Shown: positions 42,108 to 54,399 of the stretch, piece by piece
Layout of the letters: each line of letters begins with the position of its first letter
Numbering within the stretch: the stretch's first letter is position 1
Source of the DNA: Rebecca billardiae RCC1528
Lineage: Eukaryota > Protista > Haptophyta
Reading direction: 5' to 3'
DNA: 64,000 nucleotides
Assembly (NCBI GenBank): GCA_965240325.2
Contig: OZ251234.1
Location: 1,116,001-1,180,000, forward strand
Position numbers and translations under genes: made by a program
Notes under the pieces: generated by a model
What the model was told of the DNA's origin: nothing
The model's input: only the letters and a program-made list of their open reading frames with translations
Databases searched by the model: none

Positions 42108-44407
42108 CTAGCGCGGCAGGCGGGGGAAGACGAGCCCCTCGCACGTGCGCTCGATCTCGCCGAGCGCCGTCGCGGCGTGCGCCCGCACCAGCGCGTCCGC
42201 CGAGCCGTCGCGCGCGCGGCTGAGCGCGCGGTACGCTCGCTTGAGCGGCGCCGCGCCGACGAGCTCGAACACGTCCGCTCCGAGCGTGCGCAGCAGCGCG
42301 CCGAGCGTGTGCGCCGCCGCGCGGCACACTTCGGCGTCGGTGTCCGAGCTGAGCGTCGCGGCGCACGCGTCGACGAGCTCGGGCGCGAACGGGTGGCAGC
42401 CCAGGCCGGCGGTGCGGCACACGTCGGCGAGCGCCGAGAGCGCGCCCGCGCGGAGCGGCGGTGGCCGTCTCGCCTCGCAGCAGCCCAGCAGAGCGCGCGA
42501 GAGCCCCGCCGCGTGCGCGTGCGTCGCCATGGCGTCGCCGACCCGCTGGCTCGCCTGCGCGATGGCCTGCGTGAGCTTGAGGCAGTGCGCGAGGGCGGCG
42601 GGGAAGGCGTCGGGCTCGGCCGGCTCGCACGCCGACGCGCCGCCGCCGTCGTCGTCGTCGCCCGCGCCTCGTACCGCGCGCGCCGCGGCCTCAGCCTCCG
42701 CGTCCGCCGCGTGTGCGAGCAGCCTCTCAGCCAGGTGAGGCAGCACGCGCGTCGGCGCGAGATCCGCCGCGCACACATACGCGTTGACTGCTGCCTGGTA
42801 CACGAAGGAGTCCGAGTCCGCCAGCTGCCCCTCGAGGAGGCGCAGCGCGAGCTCGAGCGAGCCGAGCGCCGCGCTGGAGAAGCCCTCGCCTGCGGCGCCG
42901 GGGCCGCCGCCCTCACCACCGCCCTCACCACCGCCGCCCTCACCACCGCCGGCGCCACCGCCGCGCTCGCCGCCGCGGTTGTCGGCGGCGCTCGCGGGGG
43001 GCGGGACGTGCACCGCGCGCGCGCGGTCGAGGAGGCCGCTGCCGCCCACCGCCGCAGTACGCGCCGGGCGCGGCGCGTCGCGCAGCAGCCGCGCCAGGCT
43101 GACTATGCCCCGCACCCGCTCCGGGATGTGCGCCGATCGCATCGCGCCGAGTGCCTCCGCCATCGTGGCCTCGGGCGCGGCCGCGCCGAGATCGGCGCCG
43201 AGCGCACCCAGGGCGGCGGCGTTAGTACTTTTTGGTTGCTGGGCATTCGCCGCCGTCTCCGCCGCCGCCGCGCCGAGCGCAGCCGCGGCCGCGCCCGCAG
43301 CACCGCCCGCGCGCGCTGCGCCCACGCCCTCGGCACCGCCCGGCCCTTGCCGCGCCGCCGCGCCGCCGCTGCCGCGCGCGCGCGCCAGCTGCTGGCTGTT
43401 GTTGATGGCCCAGCCCTTGTCCCGCGTGAGCACGGCGGTGTACGTGGCCGAGGCGAGGTCCGAGACCTGCGCCTCCGGGTGCGTGCGCAGCGCGCCCACG
43501 GCAGGGAGCAGCGTGGTGCGCACGAAATCCTCGTCAGCCCGGCTCAGCTCGCGCAGCCCGCTCGCGCCGCCGTAGCACAACACCGCGTGGACGACCGCAA
43601 GGCACAGCGTCAGAGCGTCGTCGTCGGAAGCGGAGGCGGAGCGCAGCGCCGGGCCGTCGGTCGAGCGCGCGCCGCCCGCGGCTGTCTCGAGCAGCGCCGC
43701 CGCGACGCGCAGCAGCTGGCCGAGCGACGTGAGCGCGCGCACGCCGAGGGAGCTCAGCAGCGCGATGCCGATGCGCAGCGCGCGCGCCATCTGGCGCAAG
43801 TCGGCTGCCAGCGAGGCGTCGTCGTCTCCGCCACCCGCAGCGGCGGCGCGCGACACCGCGGCGCGCGCGGCAGCATACTGCTCGAGCGCAGTGACCATCA
43901 GCTGGCCGCCGAGCCCGCCTGCCGCGCTGTCGGCGGCGTCGGCGGCGTCGGCATCGTCGGCGCCGCCGTCGGCGTTCTGAGCACCGCCGCCGCCGCCGCC
44001 ACGTCTCGGCTCTGCCGCCGCGCGCGACAGCACCGCTGCAACGCACTCGACGCGCCACGCCACGCCGCCCGCCACGCGCGCGGCGCGCGCGCGCGCGGCC
44101 GGATCCTCCTCCTCCTCCGCCTCCGCCTCCGCGGCGGTGGCCGCGCCGCCGGCCGTGCCGCCGCCGTCGGCCGCCGCCGCCGTGGCGATGTTAGCTAGAC
44201 CGGCGAGGGTTGGCGTGGCGAGCGAAGGCGCGCGCGCCGTCGCCGCCGCCCGGCGCGCGTGCAGCGTCCGCAGCGCGCGCGGGGCGTGCGCATCAGAGTC
44301 CGGGTCCCTCAGCCGCAGCACCACGCCGCCCTCGCCGCCCGGTGCGTACACGGCCCGGAGTGCGCGGCGGCGCCGGCCCGCGCGGCGGCGCACGCGGTCG
44401 TCGTCGA

Positions 44408-44439
<32 letters not shown>

Positions 44440-46082
44440 TCGTCAGATGAGGAGGCGGAGGAGGCGGAGGAGTAGGGGTAGGGGTAGGAGTAGGAGTAGG
44501 GGTACTGGTCATGGCCGTCCGCTGTGTTGGCGGTGGGCGCGTGTGCAGGCGCGGGCGGCGCACTCGGCGCGGCGCGTGCACCGCCGCCTGCCACCTCGCG
44601 CGCTGCGCCTCCGCCCGCACCGCGCCGCGCGCGCAGCCGCACTCTCGCGAGCAGGGTTTGTAGCGTGCGGCCGTGGTCCGGGGCGTTCGCCACAATGGCC
44701 GCACATACCTCCTCCGCTGCGGCGCGCAGGCCGGCGGCCGCGGGCGCTCGGCACGCGGCCGCGTGCACCGCCAGCAGCCCGCGCAGCTCGGGCGCCAGCT
44801 GCGCGCACAGCGAGGCAGGGGGCGGCTCCGAGCACAGCAGCACATGCAGCTCTTCGACCGCGCCGCCCAGCTCAGCCGCGCTCACGAGCGGCGCGCCCAC
44901 TGCGGCGCCGGGCGCGGCGGGCGCGCAGGCGGCGGGGGGCCCCGCCGCGCCGGCGTGCTCGGCGAGCGCGCCCGCGCGCCGGCGCAGCGCCTCCGCGCGG
45001 TGCAGCGGGCGCAGCATCGGCTCGAGCAGCTGCGCCCGCGCCACCGCCGGCCGGCGGCGCAGCAGCTGCAGGAGCAGGCGCGCGGCGTGCGCGCGCAGCG
45101 CGGGCGCGTCGCGGCCGCGCGCGCGCGCAAGGAGCCGCAGCTGGCGGCACACCGCGCCGAGGTGCTGCTCGGCGTCGGCGGCGCCCGGCGGCGCGACGAG
45201 GAGCAGCGCGTCCAGCCGCGCGCGCACGCGCCCCGCCGCGCGCTCGGCGCCGTGCGCGCTCGCCGCGTCCGCGCCGCCGTTCTCGATCGCGGGGGAGAGG
45301 ACCAGCAACAGGGAGCGTACCCCGCCCTCTCGCGCGACGGTGGCGGAGAGCCGGGCGGAGCACGCGGCGACGAGCCAGCGCGGCGCGGCGTGGAGCGCGC
45401 GCAGCCCGAGCAGCAGCCGGAGCAAGAACGCCGGCGGCAGCGTCACCTCGAGCCGACCGAGCAGCGCACTCGCCTCGGCCCGCGCCGCGCCTGCGCCCGC
45501 CTCCGCCACCGCGTCTGAATCGGCGCGCGGTGGCCCGGCGTCGCGGTCGGCGGCGGCGGCGTCGGCGGCAGGCGCGCGCTCGGGCGCGGGGGCGCCCGCG
45601 CCGTGCGCGCCGGGCGCGCTCCCCGCGCGCGGCGCGTGCTCGAGCTGCAGCAGCGCGCCCAGCACGTGCGCTCCGTGTGCGCGCAGCAGCACCTCCCGTG
45701 CCAGCCCCCAGCCAGCCGCGCACGTCGCCGTCCACAGCGCGCACAGCGCGCGCGCGAGCCGCTCCGCGGCGCGGTCGTCCCAGGGCGGCGAGTCCGGGGC
45801 TGGTGCACCCGCGTGCTCGTCCTCCGCCTCCCGCCGCGCGACGCCGGCCATGAGCTCGGGCACGACGGAGATGGCGATCGCGCGCTGCAACGCGGCGCGC
45901 AGCACGCGCACGTCCGCGTCGGCGGCGGCGGCGGCGGGCGCGGCGGCGCCGTCGGCGGAGGCGCGCGCGCTGGCGAGGCTACTCAGCGCGGAGAGGAGCG
46001 CATCGACGTGCGCGCGCCGGGCCTCGTCGCCGAGCGGGCGCTCTCTAAGGACAGTCTCGAGCGCGGCGCGCGCCGCCGCCAT
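42108..46082 (-). CDS. TANGO6/RTP1-like HEAT/ARM-repeat protein
   Basis: C-terminal IPERVRGIVSLARLL, LADSDSFVYQAAVN and LRAGALSALADVC match RTP1_C1/C2 signatures; long helical ORF; ATG 46082. Confidence 0.75.
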
Positions 46083-46267
46083 CGTGGGGCGTGGGGCGCG
46101 ACTGTTTGCCCGCCGAGCCAGGGCCGCAGTGTGTCGCGAACGTTCCGGAGAGCGCGGGCGCGGGATCCAGCCAAGCTTCCTGAACAAGTGCTGCTGACGA
46201 AGCGCGCGAAGGACCCTGGCTGGGACCAAGCGGCGAACACCTTCTCTCGCGGCTGATTGCGCGCACG

Positions 46268-49157
46268 ATGCCTCGCGTCGCGAGACAACCCGTGGCGTGG
46301 ATGGCGTTGGCGGTGGTGGCGTCGCTCCTCGTCTCCTCTGCCGGCGCCATCGCGCGCGCGCGCCCCGTGCCCGCCCGGGCGGGCGGTGCGCGCGCGCGCG
46401 CGGCCGGCGCGCGCATGGCGGTCGAAACGCCCGAGCGCACGCGCTCGATGTCGACGTCGGAGATCTCGTCTCAGATGGCGGACATGCGCTCTCGGATGGA
46501 GGAGGACGAGCAGACTCGCCTCGTGATGCAGGCGCTGCGCGGCTCCAACCTCAACGACGACATCGCCGCCGACAAGGACGTGCAGATGGACGTCGTGGAG
46601 ATGCGAGCCTCATCGGGCGCGGACGACGTGCTCCCGCTCACGTTCGACCCGGAGCGGCTCAAGGAGTACTTCTCGAAGCGGCCGATGGCGGTCTTCACCC
46701 GCCTCGCCCAGATCCTCACCAAGTCCTCCTCGCTCGCCATTGCCATCGGCGTGGACTACCTCCGAGGCCAGTCGGAAGACATCGAGGTGAGGCGCGCGGC
46801 CGAGCTGCGCCGCACGATCATCTCGCTCGGCCCGTTCTTCATCAAGCTGGGGCAGGCGCTCTCGATCCGGCCGGACGTGCTCTCCCCGCGCGCGATGGTC
46901 GAGCTGCAGCAGCTCTGCGACAAGGTGCCCTCCTTCGACTCGGGCCTCGCGATGCGCACCGTGTGCGCCGAGCTCGGCGTGTCATCTGTCGACGAGGTCT
47001 TCTCAGAGATCACGCCCGAGCCGGTGGCGGCGGCGTCGCTGGGGCAGGTGTACCGCGCGCGGCTGCGCGAGGGGGGCGACCTCGTCGCGGTCAAGGTGCA
47101 GCGCCCCTTCGTCCTCGAGACCGTCTCGCTCGACCTCCACCTCGCGCGCGAGCTCGGCGGGCTGCTGCGAAACTTCCCGGCACTTTCCAAGCGGCTCGAC
47201 CTCGTCGAGCTGATTGACGAATTCGGCTCGCGGTTCTACCAGGAGCTGGACTACGTGGTGGAGTGCGAGAACGGCGTGCGCATCGCGCAGCAGATGCGCT
47301 CGCTGCCCATGGTCGTGATCCCCAAGAACTACCCGGACTACACCTCGCGGCGCGTGCACGTCGCCGAGTGGGTTGAGGGCGAGAAGCTGTCGCAGTCGCA
47401 GGCGGACGACGTGGGCGCGCTCGTCAACCTCGGCGTGATCACGTACCTGACGCAGCTGCTGGACACGGGGTTCTTCCACGCGGACCCGCACCCGGGCAAC
47501 ATGCTGCGCACCCCCGACGGCCGCCTCGTCATCCTCGACTTCGGCCTGATGACCGAGATCACCGACGACCAGAAGTACGGCATGATCGAAGCGATCGCGC
47601 ACCTCATCCACCGCGACTACGAGCTGATTGGGCAGGACTTCGTCTCGCTCGACTTCATCCCGGAGGGGACGGACCTGCGCCCGATCGTGCCGGTGCGCGC
47701 GAAGGAGGCGCGCGCGAAGCGGGCGCGCGAGGCGTGGGGCTCGGGCCTCCGTGCGCGTCTCGAGCTGGGCCCATCGCCGCGCGCGCCGCCGCGCGCGCGC
47801 CGCGCTGACGCCGCGAGCGCTGCGCTGCGCGCGCCCACGCCGGCGGCGCAGGCGCTCACGCGCGTCTTCGACGCCGCGCTCGCGGGCGGCGGCGCCAAGT
47901 CCATCAACTTCCAGGAGCTCGCCGCCGACCTCGCGCAGATCACCTTCGACTACCCGTTCCGCATCCCGCCGTATTTTGCGCTCGTGATCAGAGCGATCGG
48001 TGCGCGGCGGCGCGCGGCTCGGCGCGGCGCGGCGCGCGTGTGGCGCACGCGCGCGACGACCGGTCGGCAGATGTGCCGTGCCGCCACGCCGCCGCACGTC
48101 CATACGCCGCCCGGCTGGCTGGCGCCACGCGCTACCCCGCCCGCTTGGGCCACCTCGGCCTTGGCCGCCCGCGTGTGTGCCACGCGCCCGCTGAGTGTGC
48201 TCAGCCTCGCGCCGTCCGCCCGCGCGCGCCCGCCCGCCGCGCGGCGCCCGCACGCTCCGCCCTGCAGGCGTGCTGGAGGGGATCGCGCTCGTGGGCAACC
48301 CGCAGTTCGCCATCGTGGACGAGGCGTACCCGTACATCTCGCGCCGGCTGCTCACCGACGACTCGCCCCGGCTGCGCGCCGCCCTGCGCTACATGGTGTA
48401 CGGCAAGGGCGACTCCTTCGACGTTGAGCGCATGATTGATTTGTTGCAGGCGCTCGAGAAATTCGTCGCGGTGAAGGACGGCGGCGACGGCTCGGCGTTC
48501 AAGGTGAACGGCGTGCGCGGCGATCGGATGGTGGGCGAGGCCGGCAGCATGGTCGGCACGCGCGTCGTCGCGCCCTCGGCGATCGGCGGCACGGGCGCGC
48601 TCGCACTCAGCGCGCCGCCGCCGGCCCGGCCGCAGAGCGCTCCGGGCGGCGCGGCCGGCGCGCTCGCGGGCGGCGCGGCCGGCGCCGCGCCGGCCGTGGA
48701 CACAGCCGGCGTGCGCTCCGCGCTCGACTTCTTCTTCTCCGAGGAGGGCCGGCCGTTCAGAGCGTTCCTGGTCGACGAGGTCTCGCGCTCGGTGGATACG
48801 CTCTCGCGCGACGCGCTCGCGCAGATCGCGTACCGCGTCGGGCTGCGCGGACGGCAGATGCCGCCGCTGCTGCGCGCTCTCGCCCCGCCGGTCACGAGCA
48901 AGGACCGCAAGGTCGTCGAGAACATCTCGCGGCTGCTCGAGTTCCTGCTCGGCGACTTCGGCTCGGCGAGCCCCACCACGGGCTCGGCCGCGGCGCGCAC
49001 ACAACAGGCGCGCCAGCTGCAGGCGCTCATCCCGGTGCTCACCGAGTACGCGCCGCCGATGCGCGAGTTCGGTCTGCAGATCCTCAACGAGCTCACGCGC
49101 AAGCAGGCGGGCCGCGCGTTCGACTGGGCGATGGAGCAGCTCGAGCCAGCCGCCTGA
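46268..49157 (+). CDS. ABC1/UbiB-family atypical kinase (likely plastid ABC1K)
   Basis: LGPFFIKLGQALSIRPD, AAASLGQVY, VAVKVQRP, FFHADPHPGN, LDFGL, IPPYFALVIR. Introns 47693-47851 and 48000-48267; bipartite-like N-terminus (start 46268 or 46301). Confidence 0.92.
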
Positions 49158-50060
49158 GCGTTGGAGCATGCCGCTGGCGCGGAACCTTGAGGTCGATGCA
49201 TGTCGAAACGCTCGACGATTTGATGACGATGATCGTGTCATCACGTATGACGTATAAGCCGCATCCAAGCCGGCGCGTCGTACATGGCTGCTGATGATGA
49301 AGTCGCGTCCGCGGTCATCATCAGCATAACGATGATGATCGTCTATCGTCGTACATACAGGCAATCGCGGGCAATTTAACTTATTATTAAGGAGCTGTCA
49401 CGTAGTTACTAAGATTAAACTGGGGCTTATTGCTATCTGCGGATCTGGCCTAGAAACTGAGACTAGCGATTGGCTGGTTCGCTATACGCATCATAGTCAC
49501 TAACTAACTAAACTACGACGCGCTGAATAACGACGAGTCAGTCCGGGGCGGCGGGTCAGTCGTGAACGGCTGGCGTGCAGCGGCGGCTGCAACAGCCAAC
49601 AGGTGCAACTCACTCTCTAGTTCGTGACTCATTACTTACAACAAAACGTGCGATGCGGTACCGCCACCCGGTCGGTACCCTCACTTTGCACGGAAAACCG
49701 TTGGCACCGGAATTGGGATATCTGCTGACTAAACTGTATATGCCGTGGGCGGATACGACTTATTGGTCCAAGGCCATGATCACATTCACGGAAATCTTGT
49801 AGGAAGTCATCACCGGCGGCGGACTAATTAGTAATTCTATGCGATTTAAAGACACAGGCACGAGGGCGCAGCTCTCCTGTCCGAGACTCTCCTGATTCGT
49901 CTGTCGGACTATACGACGCGTGTCCTACCGGAAAACTCGCTCCGCTCGCTGAATTGGTTCTTCTTACTGAACACCGCCAATGCGACCGCGGGGCTCGCGA
50001 TCATGTACTGTACAGATGACAGATATATATATATGTACTACTCTGTCCTTGACCCGCGCC

Positions 50061-53054
50061 TCACTGAGCGTTGGCGTCGCCCGTCGACGCCGGGTCATCG
50101 GCAGGAGCACCGGCGGCGACGTGCGACGCCTCGCCGTCGGCGGTGCTCGACGGCTCGCCTGGTCCAGCCGCTTCTCTCTGCGGCGCTGCGCCCCCGTCTG
50201 CGCCCGCGCCATCTGCGCTGCTGATGTCCAGGCCGAGCCGGATCATCCGATGGATGCGACGCGTGAACGCGGCAGGCTCGTCGAGCGTGAAGCCAGAATC
50301 GAGGATGGCCGCCTCGTAGAGCAGGTGGGCGAGCTCCTGCGCAGCACGGCCGGCGCGCGCCGCGCGCACGCGCGCAGATGGGCACACCGCCCGGCGCGCC
50401 GGGAGGGGCCGCTGCCCAGCCGGCGTGGCTTTCGTGCTGCAGCACTGTACGAACGCGCGCAGTGGGGGTCGCAGAGCCGCGGGCGCGCACCTGCACGGTC
50501 GGGTCCGCCTTGTCCGCCTCGACGCGCCGCCGGAGCTCCTCGATGATCGGATTGTCCGGGTTGAGCTCGAGCGTCTTGCGCGCACCGAGCACCAGCCCTT
50601 CGTTGGGGTTGCGCAGCGCCTGCGCGCGCAGGATGCGCTCCATGTTGGCGGACCAGCCCCACTGCGCCGTCACAAGCGTGCACGGCGAGGACGCGAGCCT
50701 CGTCGAGACGACCACCTGCGTGCGGCGCGCGCGCGCGCGCGGGCAAGCGAGCGCGGGGGGCGGCACCGCCCGCGTCAGCTGCGTGAGCTTGCCGATCAAG
50801 TCTGCGCGCCCGGACCCGCCCGCCCGGCACAGCCCGCGCCGCAGGCAGCCGCGACGCGCGCGCTGGCGAGGGCCGAGGGTCCGCCTGCCCCGGCGGCCAC
50901 GCGGCCGAGCGGTCGAGGCGCGCGCGCGCGCGCGGCACCCCAGCCCGAACCACCCGAACCCTAGCCCGAACCCTAGCCCTCACTCACCTTCTCGACCCGG
51001 CTTGGCCCCAGCAGCTGCTGGAGCGTTGAGCATAGCTCGGCAAATCGCTCGCTCGCCGCGCGGTGGCGCTGCGCGTCCGCCGCGGCGGTGGCGTTGTCCG
51101 CCGCCTCGAGCTCGAGCCCCTCCTGCGTCGCGCTCACCAGCGCACGCCCCGCGTGCGCCTTCAGCCGGCCCAGCGCATACTCATCCATCGGGTCAACCAA
51201 GAAGAGCACCTCGAAGCCGGCGGCGCGCAGCCTCTCAAGGGCGGGCGCGGAACGCACCGCCGACAGCGACTCGCCGGCGATGAAGTAGATGGCCTTCTGG
51301 TGCGGCGGCATGCGCGCGACGTACGCGTCGAGGCTCGTCATGTTCGACGCGGCCAGCATCGCGCTCGGCCGCCCGAGCAGCGCGTCGGCGAATCCCTCCG
51401 CGCCCACCGCAGCATCGAGGCCGCCGCCGTCGGCCGCCGCCGCCCCTGGCCCGGCCGCCGCGCTGGCGCCGCGCCGCCGCTCCGTGTGTGTCGACGGGAA
51501 GCGCAGGAGGCGCACGAGGCGCTCGCGGTGCGCGTCGTCCTCGTGCACGCCGAGCTTGAGCGACTTGGCGAACGCCGCGTAGAAGTCGTCGTACGCGCCG
51601 CTCGCCCCGCCCTCCTCCGCCTCCGCGCGCCGCGCGAGCGTCTCGATCATCTCCAGCACGCGCTTGGTGAGGGCCTTGCGAATGGACGCCGCGGCGCGCG
51701 AGCGCTGCAGCCGCTCTCGCGAGATGTTGAGCTCGAGGTCGTCCGAGTCGACGATGCCGCGGACGAACGAGGCCCACTCGGGCAGCAGCGCGCACTCCGT
51801 CTCGGCCGACGCGCTGCAGATGAACACGCGCCGCACGTACAGCTTGAGACCGCCCGCGCGCCCGCTGGCGCGCGCGCGCGAGTCGAAGATGTCAGGCGGC
51901 GCGCGCCGCGGGATAAAGAGCAGCGCACGCAGCTGCAGCCGGCCCTCGAGGCTGAGGTGGCGGAAGCATAGCGGCGGCTCGAAGTCGGGCGCCGTGCTCA
52001 TGTAGAACTGGTGGTACTCCGCCTCGCTCACCTCGTCCGGCGCGCGCAGCCACAGAGGCTTGAGCTCATTGAGCGGGCGCCAGTCCAGTATGCCGCTGTC
52101 GGCCGCGCTCGAGCTGCGCGCGCGCGCCGGCGCCGGCGGGTCCTTGTCGGTGCGCGCGCGCATGGCCCAGAGCTTGATCGGGGGCTGCACGAAGCTGGAG
52201 TGCAGCTTCACCAGCTCCGCCAGCTTCGCCTCCTTCAGGTACGCGCCCGCGTCCGGCTTGAGCGACAGCACGACGGCGGTGCCGTGCGCGCGCTCGTCGA
52301 GCAGCCTGCACTGCGCTCCCGCGGTCGCGCGCACCTCGTCCGCCGGCGGCTCGTGCTGGATGGAGTAGCTGCCGGCGGCGTCGGACTCCCACTTGAGCAG
52401 CGGGCCGCCCGCCCGCCGAGTGTACACGCTCACCCTGTCCGCCACGAGGAACGCCGAGTAGAAGCCGACGCCGAATTGGCCGATCAGTTCAGCTGCGGCC
52501 GCTCCACTTGGTGCGCTCGTGTCGGCGTTGCGAGCCGCCCGCTGCTTGCGCGCGGCCTCCATGAAGGCCTTGGTCCCCGAGTGCGCGACGGTGCCGAGGT
52601 TGCTCACCAGCTCCTCGCGCGACATGCCCACGCCGCTGTCCTCGATCGCGAGCGTGCGCGCGCGCCGGTCGGCGACGAGTCGAATCTCGTGCTCCGCGCC
52701 CGTGCCGCCGCCCTCGGTGAGCGCCCCGTAGCGCGCCTTGTCGATGGCGTCGGCCGCGTTGGAGACGAGCTCGCGCAGGAAGATGTCGCGGTTCGAGTAG
52801 AACGTGTTGATGATCAGCGCCATCAGCTGCGACATCTCCGCCTGGAACGCGTGCGTCTCCACCGCGCCATGCGCGCCCGGCTGCGCAGCGGTGCCGCCGC
52901 GCAGCGCGCTGAAGGGCGGCGCCGCGCGAGAGAGCCGGGTGCGCGATGTGGCGACGCGAGAGCCAGGCGCATCCGCCAGCGGCGAGGCGAACGCGCCGAG
53001 CGCGGCAACGAGCACAACTGCCGCGACGGTCGCGATGGGGCGTGTGGCCGCCAT
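50061..53054 (-). CDS. Hsp90-family chaperone with N-terminal signal peptide (3 exons)
   Basis: FQAE, YSNRDIFLRELVSNA, NLGTVAHSGT, IGQFGVGFYSAF, KPLWLR, LKLYVRRVFI, WSANMERI. Exons 53054-50988, 50715-50491, 50336-50061. Confidence 0.93.
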
Positions 53055-53277
53055 CACTGCGCCGACAGGCGTCCACGCGGACCAGAGGCAACTCTGCTCG
53101 CGACGACACAGCGCGAGCTCGCGCGCCCGGCGGCCGGCGCAGCGGCGTCGACGCGCGCAGCCGTCGTACAGTAATCTACTGATCTCTCCTCGAAGGACGC
53201 TGCAGCACACGCCAGCTGCACTCCCCTCGGCCTGCAGCTGTGGCTGAGTGAGGGCCAGACCGCCCCGCCATTCCGGG

Positions 53278-54375
53278 ATGCTCGCGGCTGGCATTGCGCT
53301 CGTCACGTGTTTGAGCGGCGATCTCCTGCCACTTCACCATGATTGGTGGGCACCATTGGACTCCCCTTGGGCGGGCGACGCGGCAGCGCTCCCGCGCTGC
53401 TGCAACAACACGGCCATGTACAGGCAGTGCGCTTCGCAGGTTGGCCAGGGCCACCTTCTCAAGCGCTATGTAGGCCCAAAGCACGCCGCGCGTGATGGCA
53501 AACAGCACGCGCTGCGCAAGCTTCTTGATGAGAAGAGGGTGCTCATCCTAGGTGACAGCGTCTCGCAGCAGTGGTACGAGTCGCTGCTCTGCTACGCCGG
53601 CCTCCCCTTCTCTGGCTTTCCACGGCAGCTGACGACCCGCCCTGAGCATGCTCAGCTGAATGACTGGTGCGCCCGAATCAAGCGCGTCACTGGTGCACTG
53701 CCAAAGGTGATGAGCAGTGGGATTTACCGCGTTGGTGTGCATGTCGCGCCGACGTCGCCGCGCCCGCCCCGGAACCAAGTGCCAGTGGAGCCAGCAGGGC
53801 TGATGTTCATATGTGTGACGCACTACCGCCATACGAGGGAGGCAATCATGGCGCTTCTCAAGCTGGTTGCCAATCAGAAGGAGGCGTTTGACCTCATCGT
53901 CATCGACCCAGCGCTCATGCACAACCCCGCACGCTACCTGCCTGGCATCATCAAGCCGATCGTGAGCTGCTGCGCCGAGCTCGCGCTCCGGTGTGTCCTG
54001 CGTGAGCCAACACCGCAGCACTTCAAGTACCCTCGCATGGAGTGGAACGCAGGCGTGTACGTGGGGAAGTACAAGCACGGCTACTGCGAGGCGCTGCCCG
54101 GCTCCACGTACGACTCGTTTGCAGCGGGCGCGCGTGAGGCAGTGCTGGCAAGCCGTGGCAATCTGAGCGTATTGCCAGTGTTCGACGCGCTTGTGACGCA
54201 GGGCGATCTGCACCCTGGTCTAGCTGTGCAGAGAGCAGCAGCCGCACAGTCCGCCCCGGAAGCGAAGTTGGTTGTCCATGGTGTGGACTGCACGCACTTC
54301 TTTGGTGACACTGAGCTGTGGGAACCGCTGCATCTGGCACTACTTGACGAGTTCGGAGTTGATGAGAAATTCTGA
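53278..54375 (+). CDS. Second SGNH-fold PC-esterase/TBL-like protein
   Basis: Signal-like N-terminus; RVLILGDSVSQQWY, REPTPQHF, VDCTHF. Confidence 0.78.
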   Translation: MLAAGIALVTCLSGDLLPLHHDWWAPLDSPWAGDAAALPRCCNNTAMYRQCASQVGQGHLLKRYVGPKHAARDGKQHALRKLLDEKRVLILGDSVSQQWYESLLCYAGLPFSGFPRQLTTRPEHAQLNDWCARIKRVTGALPKVMSSGIYRVGVHVAPTSPRPPRNQVPVEPAGLMFICVTHYRHTREAIMALLKLVANQKEAFDLIVIDPALMHNPARYLPGIIKPIVSCCAELALRCVLREPTPQHFKYPRMEWNAGVYVGKYKHGYCEALPGSTYDSFAAGAREAVLASRGNLSVLPVFDALVTQGDLHPGLAVQRAAAAQSAPEAKLVVHGVDCTHFFGDTELWEPLHLALLDEFGVDEKF

Positions 54376-54399
54376 AGCTCGTCCATCCGGTTGCTGATA

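Noticed and set aside
47693-47851. Unusual 53-aa Arg/Ala insertion in the ABC1 kinase
   Set aside because: GTGCGC...GCAG boundaries and 159-nt length show a stop-free in-frame intron.
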